A stretch of 64,000 nucleotides of DNA from an uncultured Verrucomicrobiae bacterium (GTDB lineage: Bacteria; Verrucomicrobiota; Verrucomicrobiia; Chthoniobacterales; Terrimicrobiaceae). Of the stretch, positions 10,314 through 20,243 are shown piece by piece. The DNA is taken from positions 640,001 to 704,000 of the forward strand of contig CAVPOC010000003.1 in NCBI GenBank assembly GCA_963706955.1, written 5' to 3'. Each line of letters opens with the position of its first letter. Within the stretch, counting starts at the first letter, position 1. The position numbers were made by a program, and so were the translations under genes. Below the pieces are notes generated by a model. That model was not told where the DNA came from. It saw nothing but the letters and a program-made list of their open reading frames with translations, and did no database searches.

Positions 10314-11832
10314 CTAGTAAGACTTCGCCCAGACCGCGCGCTGTGCGCTGGGTTCACCCGTGAAGATGCAGCGGCCGGCCACCGGTTTGTTCTCGAAGGG
10401 AATACAGCGGATCGTCACCTTTAACTCATCTTTGATCTGAGCCTCAAGCTGAGCACTGCCGTTCCAATAGGCAAGTGCAAACCCGCCGTGAATTTCGGGC
10501 TTGTTGGCGTCTCGCGGAGTGAAAAACGCATAGAATTCTTCCTTGCTCTCAATCACCTTCGTATGGCTGTCGCGAAAGGTCGTCGCCCGATCCAGCATGC
10601 CTTGCTGAATCTCCTCGAGCATTCCGGGAAATTGCTCAATGAGCTCCGCGATCGAGACGTGGGCTTTGTGCCGGTGCGATCTGTCTCGGCGCGAAACGGC
10701 TGCGGTCTGGTTGGCGAGATCCCGCGGACCGATTTCAATTCGCACTGGAACTCCCTTTTTGATCCACTCCCAGTTTTTCACACCGCCGCCGAGATCACGA
10801 ATATCGACCTCGACGATCACTTTGTCTTCTCCGTAGCGAAGTTCGCGCAGAGCGGCCGCAATTCTTTCGACCGCTTCGATCACGGCGGCGCGGGTTTCCG
10901 CTTTCGGGATTATTGCGATGATCACCGCATGTGCCGGCGAGATGCGCGGCGGCAGCATCAGACCATCGTCGTCCCCATGCGCCATGATGAGAGTGCCGAT
11001 CATTCGCGTGCTCACCCCCCAGCTGGTCGTCCACGCATATTCGAGCTCGCCCTCGCGCGATTGAAACTGGATCCCGGATGCCTTCGAAAAGTTCTGTCCC
11101 AGGAAATGCGACGTGCCCGTCTGGATCGCTTTTCGATCCTGGACCATCGCCTCGATACAAAGCGTGCGCACCGCCCCGGGAAAGCGCTCACTTTCCGTCT
11201 TCTCACCGGCGATTATCGGAATCGCCAGATAGTCCCGCGCGAAAGTCTCATAGACGCCGAGCATTTTCACCGTTTCCGCGAGCGCCTCGGATTCAGTCTC
11301 ATGCGCGGTGTGACCCTCTTGCCAGAGGAACTCAGCCGTCCGAAGGAACAAACGGGGCCGCAACTCCCAGCGAACAACATTTGCCCATTGATTCAGAAGC
11401 ACGGGCAGGTCGCGCCAAGACTTGATCCAGCGCGCGTAGGCTGCGCCGATGATCGTCTCTGATGTCGGCCGAACGACGAGTGGCTCGCCGAGTTCGCCAG
11501 ATGGGAACCAGTTTGCCCTCCTTACTCTCCAGGCGATGATGGGTGACGACAGCGCACTCCTTGGCGAAGCCTTCGACGTGCGCAGCCTCCTTCTCCAGGT
11601 AGCTCAACGGGATGAAAAGTGGGAAATAGGCGTTGCGGTGACCGGTTGCCTTGAACATCCGGTCGAGGACGGCTTGCATTCGCTCCCAGAGCGCATACCC
11701 CCACGGCTTGATGACCATGCAACCTCGCACTTCGGAATTCTCGGCGAGATCGGCGGCCCGAATGATTTGTTGATACCATTCGGGAAAGTCCTCGTGGCGC
11801 TTTGGAGAGATGGCGGTTTGCTCTGACATCAT
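10314..11832 (-). CDS. proS: Proline--tRNA ligase (archaeal/eukaryotic type), with an apparent frameshift at about 11503-11505
   Basis: N-terminal part has [11 protein letters not shown] and NAYFPLFIP…HVEGFAKE. C-terminal part has [26 protein letters not shown] and [10 protein letters not shown]. Removing one base restores [17 protein letters not shown]. Confidence 0.93.
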
Positions 11833-11943
11833 GAAAAACGGGCGAGTATTCAGCATGAACGCGCTGCCCGTCGCAACTCAAACGGAATCGCACGAAAAGG
11901 CAGTCTCCGGCAGAGTTTCGCGTCCGGCAAAGAACGCCCGGAC

Positions 11944-13048
11944 TCAGGAGTTGGCCAATTTTCTCAAGAGCGTCTTGAAAAATTTCACCCCGGCTTGCAG
12001 ATCGGCCAGGGAAATCCACTCGTCAGCCGTATGCGCCTGCTCCATCGAACCGGGTCCGAGCGCCACCGCCGGCGTCCCGGCGGCGGCAAGGAAGGCTGCA
12101 TCGCAGAACCAAGGCGCGCCGACGCACGGCGCACCGCATGCTTCCAGCAAGCGGATAAGCCGGTGGGCGGAGTTGGTCTGGAGCGGCTCCAAAATCCGCG
12201 GCTCGAACTCAACTCCGGCGAATTGTTCCGCCAAGGAATCAAGCAACGGCGCAAGATCCTGACCGGGATTAGTCCTGATATCGATTTTCGCCTCGCAGAG
12301 GTCAGGCACAATGTTGATCCTACTTCCGCCTTGAATCGTCCCGAGATTGAAAGTCAGCGGCCCGAGCGTCTCGTCCGAGGAAGCACCAAAGCGCGCTCGA
12401 GAGTTCATCACGAAGCATGCCGATAACCTCTAAGATCTTTTCAATGGCATTTTCACCGATCTGCGGCGTAGAGCCGTGAGCAGCGCGTCCGCGTGCGCGA
12501 AGAGTTAGCCAGACTGATCCTTTGTGCGTATTGACCGTCTGCAAGCGCGTGGGTTCACCAACAATGGCAAAATCAAATTTTTCTTTACCGGAGAGAGTTC
12601 TGGCGCCTTGCTGGCCGGCCTCCTCCCCCATGAATCCCGCAAACCAGATCTCGTGAGACAGGTGGGGCAAGAGATCCTTGCTCTCGAGCAAGGCAAAGAG
12701 CATCGCGGCCATCGGCCCTTTGGTGTCGGAGGCTCCACGGCCCCAGATCTTGCCATCATGCAGCTCACCGGAAAACGGGTCGATACTCATGCCAGCAACA
12801 CTCACCGTGTCAGTATGTGGTGCGAACAGGAGCCGTGGCTTCGCTTTACCGGCCGAAGGAAAGCGCCCCAGAACGTTAGGCCTGTCGGGCAGAACGTCTT
12901 CGAGCCATGCTTCCGCGCCACACGAACGCAGGAAATCGGCAACGAACTTCGCGCACTCTTTTTCGCCAGTGTGTTTTAGCCCCGGATCGCCATCGGGATT
13001 GACGCTCGGGATGCGAATCAATTCGCGTAGCAGGTCGGCAACAGTCAT
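11944..13048 (-). CDS. M20 family ArgE/DapE-like deacylase, with an apparent frameshift at about 12395
   Basis: IPSVNP, HTDTV, GRGASDTKG, GEE and VGEPT are in 12320..13048. NLGTIQGG…NIVPD, DAAF and GPG…AHTADE are in 11944..12411. Confidence 0.85.
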
Positions 13049-13996
13049 CGCTTCTGCTGCTTGAGATACCAGTCAACAAATTTTGGGATGCCTTCAGATA
13101 TTTTTACGCGCGGGTGATAACCAAGCAGGGTGCGCGCTTTGTCAATGTCCGCACACGTAAGCGGCATGTCGCCCTGCTGCTCCGGTAGATGTTCGATGAT
13201 GGCCCTTTTGCCGAGAGCGTTCTCGATGGAACCGATGAGGTCCGTGAGCGTGGTGGTTTGATTCTCACCGAGGTTGAAGATCTCGAAGGGCGTCCTGCGA
13301 TATTTGAGGGCTCCAAGCACGCCTTGAACAATGTCATCCACGTAGGTGTAGTCGCGACGCGTCGTCCCGTCCCCATACTGCTGAATGGGCCTGCCATGGT
13401 AAATACAATCGGTGAATTTGTAGATCGCAAGATCTGGGCGCTGGGCAGGTCCATACACCGTGAAAAACCTCATTACCACGACCGGCAGGTCGTAGAGATG
13501 GGAGTAGCTTCCGCAGAGGTGCTCGGCGGCAAGCTTGGTGGCGGCATACGGACTCAATGTCTGAGGAAGCGCCAGATCTTCCGAAAAAGGCACCTTTCGC
13601 GCCATGCCATAGACCGAGGAACTGGAGGCAAGCAGAAACTGGCCGACCCGCGCAAGGCGTGCGGCCTCGAGAAGGTTGTAGGTGCCAACTACGTTGGTTT
13701 CAATGTAGGCGGAAGGGTTTTGCACTGACGGACGCACGCCGGCGCGCGCGGCGATGTGGATGATCGAGTCGTAGCCGCCGCGCCCCACGACCTCTTTCAT
13801 GGCGGAGGCATCACGAATGTCAGCCTCGATAACCTCCGCTTCTCCGTTGAATTCCTTGACATTCGCACGTTTGATTTGCGGGTCGTAGAAGTCATTGAAG
13901 TCGTCGAGAATCGCGACCGTCAGAGCCGGTTTGCAGCAGACTTCGGACAACATGAGAGCCGATGAATCCAGCGCCACCGGTGACTAGTATCTTCAT
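13045..13996 (-). CDS. NAD-dependent nucleotide-sugar epimerase (UDP-glucuronate 4-epimerase-like), with an apparent frameshift at about 13925
   Basis: The true start reads MKILVTGGAGFIGSH from ATG 13996 in another frame. The rest has AARAGVRPS, ASSSSVYG, YAATK, RFFTVYGP…RPDLA and RDYTYVDD. Confidence 0.88.
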
Positions 13997-14005
13997 CGGG
14001 TAAGG

Positions 14006-16637
14006 CTAATTGGCCCGCGAAAATGGCGGCAAGGAATTTTCGCGAACCCCGGACCATTCTCTGCGTCTCAACCAGATGTCCACCGGCAATAGAAGCAGCG
14101 CGATGGCAAGAAGCCATGGTGCGAGTTCTCTTCGCGTCAGGGCCGGGTGAAGCGCAGGCCGAAGCATCTCCTCGGGCTGGACTTCAAATCGTCCACCAGT
14201 AAGGGCTGAAAGCTCTCGGAGAAGCGGAGCTCCATCCTGCATGATCTGAAACTCCGCGGGATAATCGCGTGTCCAGGCTTTGGAGACCGGGCGTCCGGCT
14301 CCGTCGCTCACCGCGATGATGGCGCTTCCAGTCTCAGGTTTCTTGAGTCTGGCCCGATAAAGGCCAGGTGCTATTTGCTCGCTTTTCACCGAGACGGGCT
14401 GGGCAGCCTGGGCCGCCAAGGAGACGTTGACTTCAAGACCATTGCGAAACATCCCTTCCGCCGTGACCGCTTCCGAGTCAACGACGATGTCGCCGCCTTC
14501 CTCACGAAGCTCGACCATCAGGTCGCTCCGGTCTGCCGGACGGACCAGCATGCGGACAAGCTGGCCCCACAGTTTGCCATAGCCAGACCAGCTCAGCCAC
14601 TCGGATGCCCAGCGCGACTTTGCATCGCTGGTAAACGCGGCGACTCGGCCGAGCCCGTAGCGCCAATGAGCCAGCAGAGGATCCCCTCTTTCTGTCGACA
14701 GCAAGAGCTCCGCACCCGGTTTCAACTCTGAGGTGTTGAACCCGAGTAGAAGCGGCGCTTCCTGCCAATTGATGCCCTTGAGCGCTTCGCTAGAGCCAGC
14801 CGGTTGCGCGAGAAAAGCGTCTTCTCGAAGACTCGACTCCGCGGCTCGCATCGTTTCGATGGCAAACAAGCGTGGAAGGGTCGCCGCATCTGCGGTCAAG
14901 TAGAACCGCCCGCCACCCTGGGCGGCTAACTGGCGGAGAAAGGCGGTATCCTTGTCCTGCTCAGTGCCGAGCGCGACCACGGACACGGTGATTCGGCTGG
15001 CGAGCATCGCCGCTGCCAGGTCAAAACTCGAATTGCCGGTTCCTGCCTTATTGGTGCCAGGCTCGCCGGAAGACTTTTCCTCCGCATCGGCCGCATCCGA
15101 AAAGAGGATGACGTGCTTGATTTTGGCCTGAGCTTCGCGCAACCGCGGGAGCGCCTCGGCGAGCGACGTGTAGATATAGATGCCTCCGCCGCCCGAGGTA
15201 ATCCCAGCAATTCGCTTTGATGCGCCGACTTTGTCGCTGATTCGACCAAGCGGGACCACCTCCTGGACACGCGTATCTACAGCCAAAAGTCCGAAGAGAT
15301 CTTTGGCCTGCAGAACGTCGAGCGCCAATGCCGCCCCTTCATTGGCCAAGGCCATCTTCGTCTGCCCACCCGCGGGTGCCGACATCGAACCGGAACGATC
15401 AAGAATCACGAGCAAGGCGACCACGGGTGTTTCTTCCCGCTCTTCGCGCTCGATTCGCACCGGAAGCAAAGTGGATATCGAGGTCCGGAAGTAGCCGCCG
15501 GCGCCAAAACTCTCCTCGCCACCGAGCATCATGAATGCACCGCCAAAATCCTTGACCCATCTCTCCAAAGTTTTCATCTGCTCATCGGAAAAGTCGGCGG
15601 CCGGAGCTTCGGAGAAAACGATCAGATCAAACGCTTCGAACCCCTCGAGGTCTGTCGCCAAGCCGTCCGGCGGGCGGATCTCGACTTCAACGTCCGAAGC
15701 CCGCATGGCTTGAGCCAGGGATTCTGCTTGGGTGGGATTTCTATCGATGATGAGCACCTTTGGCCGGCCAGAGTGCGCAACGGCCACCTTCTTTCGGTTG
15801 TTTTCCAAGGCTGAATCCTCAGGCGCTTTCACTTCCACCTCATAGAGGGCCATACGTCCCTCAGCTCGCAGGTTCGGAAAGACAATTTCTGAAACTCCTT
15901 TGGAGAGCTCTCTTTGAACCTCACTGACGAGCAGATCGTTCTGATAAACACGAATTGACGCCGAGGGCATCGGCGAGGTCGAGAACACCTGCGCCGAAAG
16001 GTCGAAAATTTCTCCCTCACGCAGGGAGTTTGGCAGTTTGATCGAGACCACCGCAGCGTCCTTTTCAGCGACCGCTGGGACCGGCACCGTATCAATTTCG
16101 ACATTATGCAGCTGCGCGGCGGTTTCCACGGGGTTTCGGCCAGCGGTGGGAACTCCATCGCTAAAAAGCACGATACGGGCCGGGCGGTCGGCGGGCAGGA
16201 GAGTTGCCGCAAACTCGAGGGCCGCCGACAGGTCGGTTTCCTCGTCATTTTTGTCCTCAGGCGCAGCATCTCGGGCGCTGCTTTCGCCAAATCCTCTGAT
16301 TACCTGCGGCTCGCGCGCGAACGCCACCTCCGCGACACGTTCCGGATGGCTCCCGGCGAACGTCGCGGCTGTCTCCGCGTTCTGCGTCTGCCTGTCGCGC
16401 CCGATGCTGGCAGAAACGTCGCGCAAGTAGGACGACGGCGGGATCGGTTGTTTTCGTCAACCATCGCGGTCCTGCCAACGCGAGTGCGACCAGCGAAAAA
16501 ATGATCGCGCGAAGCAGCCCGCACCACGCTTTCTGTCGGCTTGGCCAGCGCGTCAGCGAATTTCGCGTCCCCAACCATTGGACGAGAATCGCCGCTGGAA
16601 TCAGAAGAAGAAAACCTGGCCTGTCGAAATCAACCAT
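14006..16637 (-). CDS. Membrane-anchored VWA-domain protein with a BatA-like N-terminus and a glutamine-amidotransferase-like middle domain, with an apparent frameshift at about 16430
   Basis: N-terminal FDRPGFLLLIP…LALAGP. MIDAS-like DVSAS…SDG and DRSGSM. LGGEESFGAGGY. C-terminal TM ELAPWLLAIALLLLPVDIWLRR. One extra base at 16430-16431 joins the two ORFs. Confidence 0.82.
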
Positions 16638-16671
16638 CGGCGGCCGTCACGCCGCCATGGCAGCTCCCTTT

Positions 16672-17646
16672 TCATTGCCAAGCGTTTTCGTTGGCCGCAC
16701 GATCTGATCTACGGCCGCACCCGAGCCCGCCGTCAAAGACGAATTCGTAGGGCTTACCGCTCGAAGGAAAGACCAAGACCTTTTCGCAAAGAAAGCGCGA
16801 CTCGCGCTCAGTCAAGGATCCGGCAAGTGGAACCTCGTGGACGCGCGGACTGCCGCCCCGAGAGCTCAGGAAAAATAACCTGCCGTCGCTGAGCCGGACC
16901 ACCCATCCGAGAATTCCTTTTGGCTTGGCTGGTCCTGCGCCGATGACGCAAGGCGCGGCCATCTCGACCGCTGCGCCCTCACGGTGCAACGCGCCGCGAA
17001 ACGCCGCCGGCAATTCGTTCGGCAATCCCGTCGGACCCTGCGTGACCGCCAATATCTTCCTCCAGGCCAGCCAGAGAGTCGCACGCACGCTGCGAAGAAG
17101 GCTGGGCAGAAACGTCCAGGTCAGCCCTAACGCCACGATGGCGACGACGAGGGCGACAATCGGGTGCCAAAGGAGAAGACCGAGTCCGCCAAGGACCAAG
17201 GCGTCTCCGCCGAGGCTCAAGCCGATATTGGAAATCGGCTCCGGCGAGAAATTCGCCACCAATCGTGTGCCCGCCTTCGCGGCGTGCGCCGTCAGCGCTG
17301 CTCCCCCCGCGAGGAGAGCTGCAATCACTTTAATACTCGGGTCGGCTTGCCCGAGAGCAAGGACGGCAAGCAATGCGCCGCCTATGGGCCGGACAAACGT
17401 GTGGAGCGCATCATTGGCAGAATCGACCCACGGGATTTTGTCCGCGAAAAATTCCATGCAATAGAGTGCCCCCGCAATCGCAATCACCCACGGATCGCCA
17501 AGGACGAGAAGATCTTGGAGGTTGGAAGGCAAGACCACCCATCCAAAGTGAACGGCCATTCCCGTCACGAGGACGGTTAAATAAAGATTGATACCCGCCA
17601 GGGTAGCCAGCCCAAGCGCAACGCTCAGTGTTTCCAGCACATCCAT
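16672..17646 (-). CDS. DUF4126-domain membrane protein with a C-terminal extension
   Basis: GLATLAGINLYLTV, EFFADKIPWVDS..D..HTFVRP.GGALL and KAGTR…SPEP.SN are characteristic of DUF4126. Confidence 0.85.
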   Translation of the reverse strand: MDVLETLSVALGLATLAGINLYLTVLVTGMAVHFGWVVLPSNLQDLLVLGDPWVIAIAGALYCMEFFADKIPWVDSANDALHTFVRPIGGALLAVLALGQADPSIKVIAALLAGGAALTAHAAKAGTRLVANFSPEPISNIGLSLGGDALVLGGLGLLLWHPIVALVVAIVALGLTWTFLPSLLRSVRATLWLAWRKILAVTQGPTGLPNELPAAFRGALHREGAAVEMAAPCVIGAGPAKPKGILGWVVRLSDGRLFFLSSRGGSPRVHEVPLAGSLTERESRFLCEKVLVFPSSGKPYEFVFDGGLGCGRRSDRAANENAWQ

Positions 17647-17711
17647 GGACCGAATATCCTGCAACTCCTTGCGATGTCACGTGATTTTAAAGCCACAAAA
17701 AACAGCCCGCG

Positions 17712-17895
17712 GTAGCGACTGCATCCCACGCACGCGAGGGCTTGTCCGATGTGTGGAGCCTCCTCGAGAACTCTTATCGCGACATTCTCCCAACGTCGAG
17801 GACACGGCCTTGTCGAGTCGCGATGTCCCCGTCGTCGAGGGCTCTGCCGGCGGTGGTTCACCCAAGCGCGCCTCGGCGGGGGACACTGCGTCTAC
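17712..17895. repeat. Degenerate array of the GTAG REP unit
   Basis: Eroded copies at about 17712, 17776 and 17816 (CGATGTCCCCGTCGTCGAGGGC), plus an inverted copy at about 17874-17895 (CGGCGGGGGACACTGCGTCTAC). Confidence 0.5.
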
Positions 17896-17950
17896 GGCAA
17901 TGGCCCTCGAACCAGGTCAGCCGTTCCGCGATGCGTTGGTGTCGCGGTGA

Positions 17951-18826
17951 CTAAAACGAGAAAGTAACCTTGGCGCCACCCCAGAAGGTGCTCGGCTCGG
18001 TGCCGATCAGATCCTGCCACTGATAACTGTAAGCACCGTACCCGTAGAGAGTAATCACCTCGTTGATTTTGATGGGAAGCCCGATGCCGACTTCGATGTG
18101 CTGGGCGCCGGTAAAAAACTCAAATCCGCTTTCGTTGTTCGCGGTTCTCGCGTTGAAATCAAAGCTCGTTCCAAATCCAAACCAAGGAGCCAACGAGATA
18201 ATGTCCTTGTAGATGGGAATGCCGGCGTCCAAGCGCGCGATCAGATAGCTGGAAGCAGTCTCGACGGCGCCGGTGCCGCGCTCGAAGTTCTCGAAGTCAG
18301 GTCCAAGATTAAGATAATAGACGACCGAGGGAACGAGCGTAATTCCGGCGGGCAGATTGAACGTGTATGCGACCGTCCAGTTCAGCTCATTTTGGTAAAG
18401 GACCGTATTGAGGAAGTAGTAAAACGTGTACCCCATGCCGACTGCCAGGTCGCCGAAGGTGTGAACGTAGTTAACCGTGGCATTGTATTCCTTATACCTC
18501 GTGTTTCCGAGGCCAAAGGCCATCCAGCTGCCCAGGGTAATGGTGTCATTTTCGGTGGGCATGAACGATACGTTCACCTGCGTCCAGTAGAGGCTGGAAC
18601 CATATCTCTGTTTGTTGCCGTCTTGGTCAAACCTGAGAACGTTTACACCGCGGAACATGTAAAGGCTGTCCCAACCGGTACTCAGAGAGGCCCCCCACCA
18701 CTTGCGGGCCTCCTCCACGGCAACATTTTCTTGAAGCGTTTTCTTCCCTTCGCCGGCAAAGGCGGGCTGGCTCGAAAGCAGACCGGCAATTCCCACGGCA
18801 GCAAGGATCCCTGTGATTGATTTCAT
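17951..18826 (-). CDS. Putative outer-membrane beta-barrel or porin
   Basis: Signal peptide ending AFA, DSLYMFRG, alternating aromatic beta-strand pattern and C-terminal GAKVTFSF (terminal Phe). AGGAAAGG RBS before ATG 18826. Confidence 0.75.
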   Translation of the reverse strand: MKSITGILAAVGIAGLLSSQPAFAGEGKKTLQENVAVEEARKWWGASLSTGWDSLYMFRGVNVLRFDQDGNKQRYGSSLYWTQVNVSFMPTENDTITLGSWMAFGLGNTRYKEYNATVNYVHTFGDLAVGMGYTFYYFLNTVLYQNELNWTVAYTFNLPAGITLVPSVVYYLNLGPDFENFERGTGAVETASSYLIARLDAGIPIYKDIISLAPWFGFGTSFDFNARTANNESGFEFFTGAQHIEVGIGLPIKINEVITLYGYGAYSYQWQDLIGTEPSTFWGGAKVTFSF

Positions 18827-18925
18827 TCGTTCCTTTCCTTGGTTTTTGGTTACGCAGCCGCTCGACCGCACTCAGAGGAACAACAAAACCCTGTTCGGCC
18901 CAAACGACGCGAGGCACCATCTATA

Positions 18926-18941
18926 AGCACGTAATGTGCCA
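18926..18941 (-). promoter_or_regulatory. Sigma-54 (-24/-12) promoter for the porin gene
   Basis: The minus strand reads TGGCACATTACGTGCT, which is GG-N10-GC, about 100 nt upstream of the start codon. Confidence 0.7.
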
Positions 18942-19077
18942 AAGGGTTGTGAAAGCTCTCTCAGCCGCGCTGCAGCTTCATGGCGTGCCAGCGCTTGAAC
19001 GAATCGCGACAGGGATTGTCGAAAAATTGCTGCGCCAAGGCGTTACTGCGAGGTTTACTCGCAACCCAACAACCCGC

Positions 19078-20154
19078 TCAGGAGGAGACGATGTTGATGT
19101 CTTCGGGTTGTATACGGCAAAAGACCTCTTCGCCTTCGTGAAAGACCAGCTCCTGCTGGCCATCATTGGCGATCAGCGCGCGAAGCTCCAAACCACCACT
19201 CACGGCGAGTGTCAAGTCGTTGACGGCTCCCTTGAAAACTTGCACGACGATGCGACCCGAAAAGACGTTCTGCCCCTGCGGCTGAGTCCGATAGAGTCGA
19301 ATCTTTTCTGGACGCAACGAGAGAAGAACACTGCTGCCGGCGAGGGGCGTCCCCGCCCTCGCCGCGAGCGTCATGCCGCCTGCGATTCGGCAATGGATCA
19401 CGTCCGCGCCTTTGTCGACGATCTCGGCTTCGACGATGTTGGTCTCCCCAATGAATGTAGCCACGAAGCGGGTGGCGGGCTGATAATAGATCTCGTTGAC
19501 GGTCCCGATTTGTTCGAGCCGTCCGGAGCTAATGACGGCGATGCGATCGCTCATGGTGAGAGCCTCCTCTTGATCATGGGTGACGAAGATGAAGGTGATA
19601 CCGAGGCGTTTCTGAAGTTGCTTGAGCTCAGAGCGCATTTGGGTGCGAAGTTTTGCGTCCAACGCGCTCAACGGCTCGTCCAGCAGGAGGACCTTGGGTT
19701 CGCAGACGATGGCACGTGCCAGCGCCACACGCTGGCGTTGGCCTCCGGAGAGCTGCGCCGGCTTGCGACTAGCGAATTCCCCCAGCGACGTCATCTCAAC
19801 GACTCGATCAACACGCTGCTTGATATCGGACGCAGCCAGCTTCTTCATTCGTAAGCCAAACGAGATATTTTCGTAGACGGAGAGGTGCGGAAAGAGCGCG
19901 TAGCTTTGAAAGACCTGATTCACGCTGCGACGGTAAGGCGGGTCGTGGGTGACATTCTTGCCGGAGATGAAGACTTCGCCAGTGGAAGGATGTTCAAAGC
20001 CGCTGATCAAGCGCAAACAAGTTGTCTTTCCGCAACCGGAAGGCCCCAGGAACGTCATGAACTCGCCTTCCGCGATATCGAAGCTGACTTCCTCAAGCGC
20101 CGTAAAGCTGCCGAACTTCTTACTGACCTTGCGCAACTCCACCATTGACGCCAT
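19078..20154 (-). CDS. potA: ABC transporter ATP-binding protein, PotA-like (spermidine/putrescine type) with TOBE domain
   Basis: GPSGCGKTT, VFQSYALFPHL, LSGGQRQRVALARA, LLDEPLSALD and VTHDQEEALTMSDR. Confidence 0.75.
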   Translation of the reverse strand: MASMVELRKVSKKFGSFTALEEVSFDIAEGEFMTFLGPSGCGKTTCLRLISGFEHPSTGEVFISGKNVTHDPPYRRSVNQVFQSYALFPHLSVYENISFGLRMKKLAASDIKQRVDRVVEMTSLGEFASRKPAQLSGGQRQRVALARAIVCEPKVLLLDEPLSALDAKLRTQMRSELKQLQKRLGITFIFVTHDQEEALTMSDRIAVISSGRLEQIGTVNEIYYQPATRFVATFIGETNIVEAEIVDKGADVIHCRIAGGMTLAARAGTPLAGSSVLLSLRPEKIRLYRTQPQGQNVFSGRIVVQVFKGAVNDLTLAVSGGLELRALIANDGQQELVFHEGEEVFCRIQPEDINIVSS

Positions 20155-20243
20155 TTCGCAGCCTATCAGCGTTGAACCGCTCAGCTAGTGGAATTTCTCT
20201 TCGGAAGCACCGCGCCCACCCGAACCAGATCACGACCTCAAGG

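Noticed and set aside
10488..11462. 324-aa plus-strand ORF
   Set aside because: Antisense shadow of proS.
10314..11856. proS as a pseudogene, split gene or programmed frameshift
   Set aside because: The gene is essential, both halves are intact, there is no slippery heptamer, and similar indels recur across the window.
17700..17950. Possible CRISPR array
   Set aside because: Units are degenerate, irregularly spaced and partly inverted, match the REP unit, and no cas genes are present.
18817..19854. 345-aa plus-strand ORF
   Set aside because: Antisense to the ABC ATPase and runs across the porin promoter.
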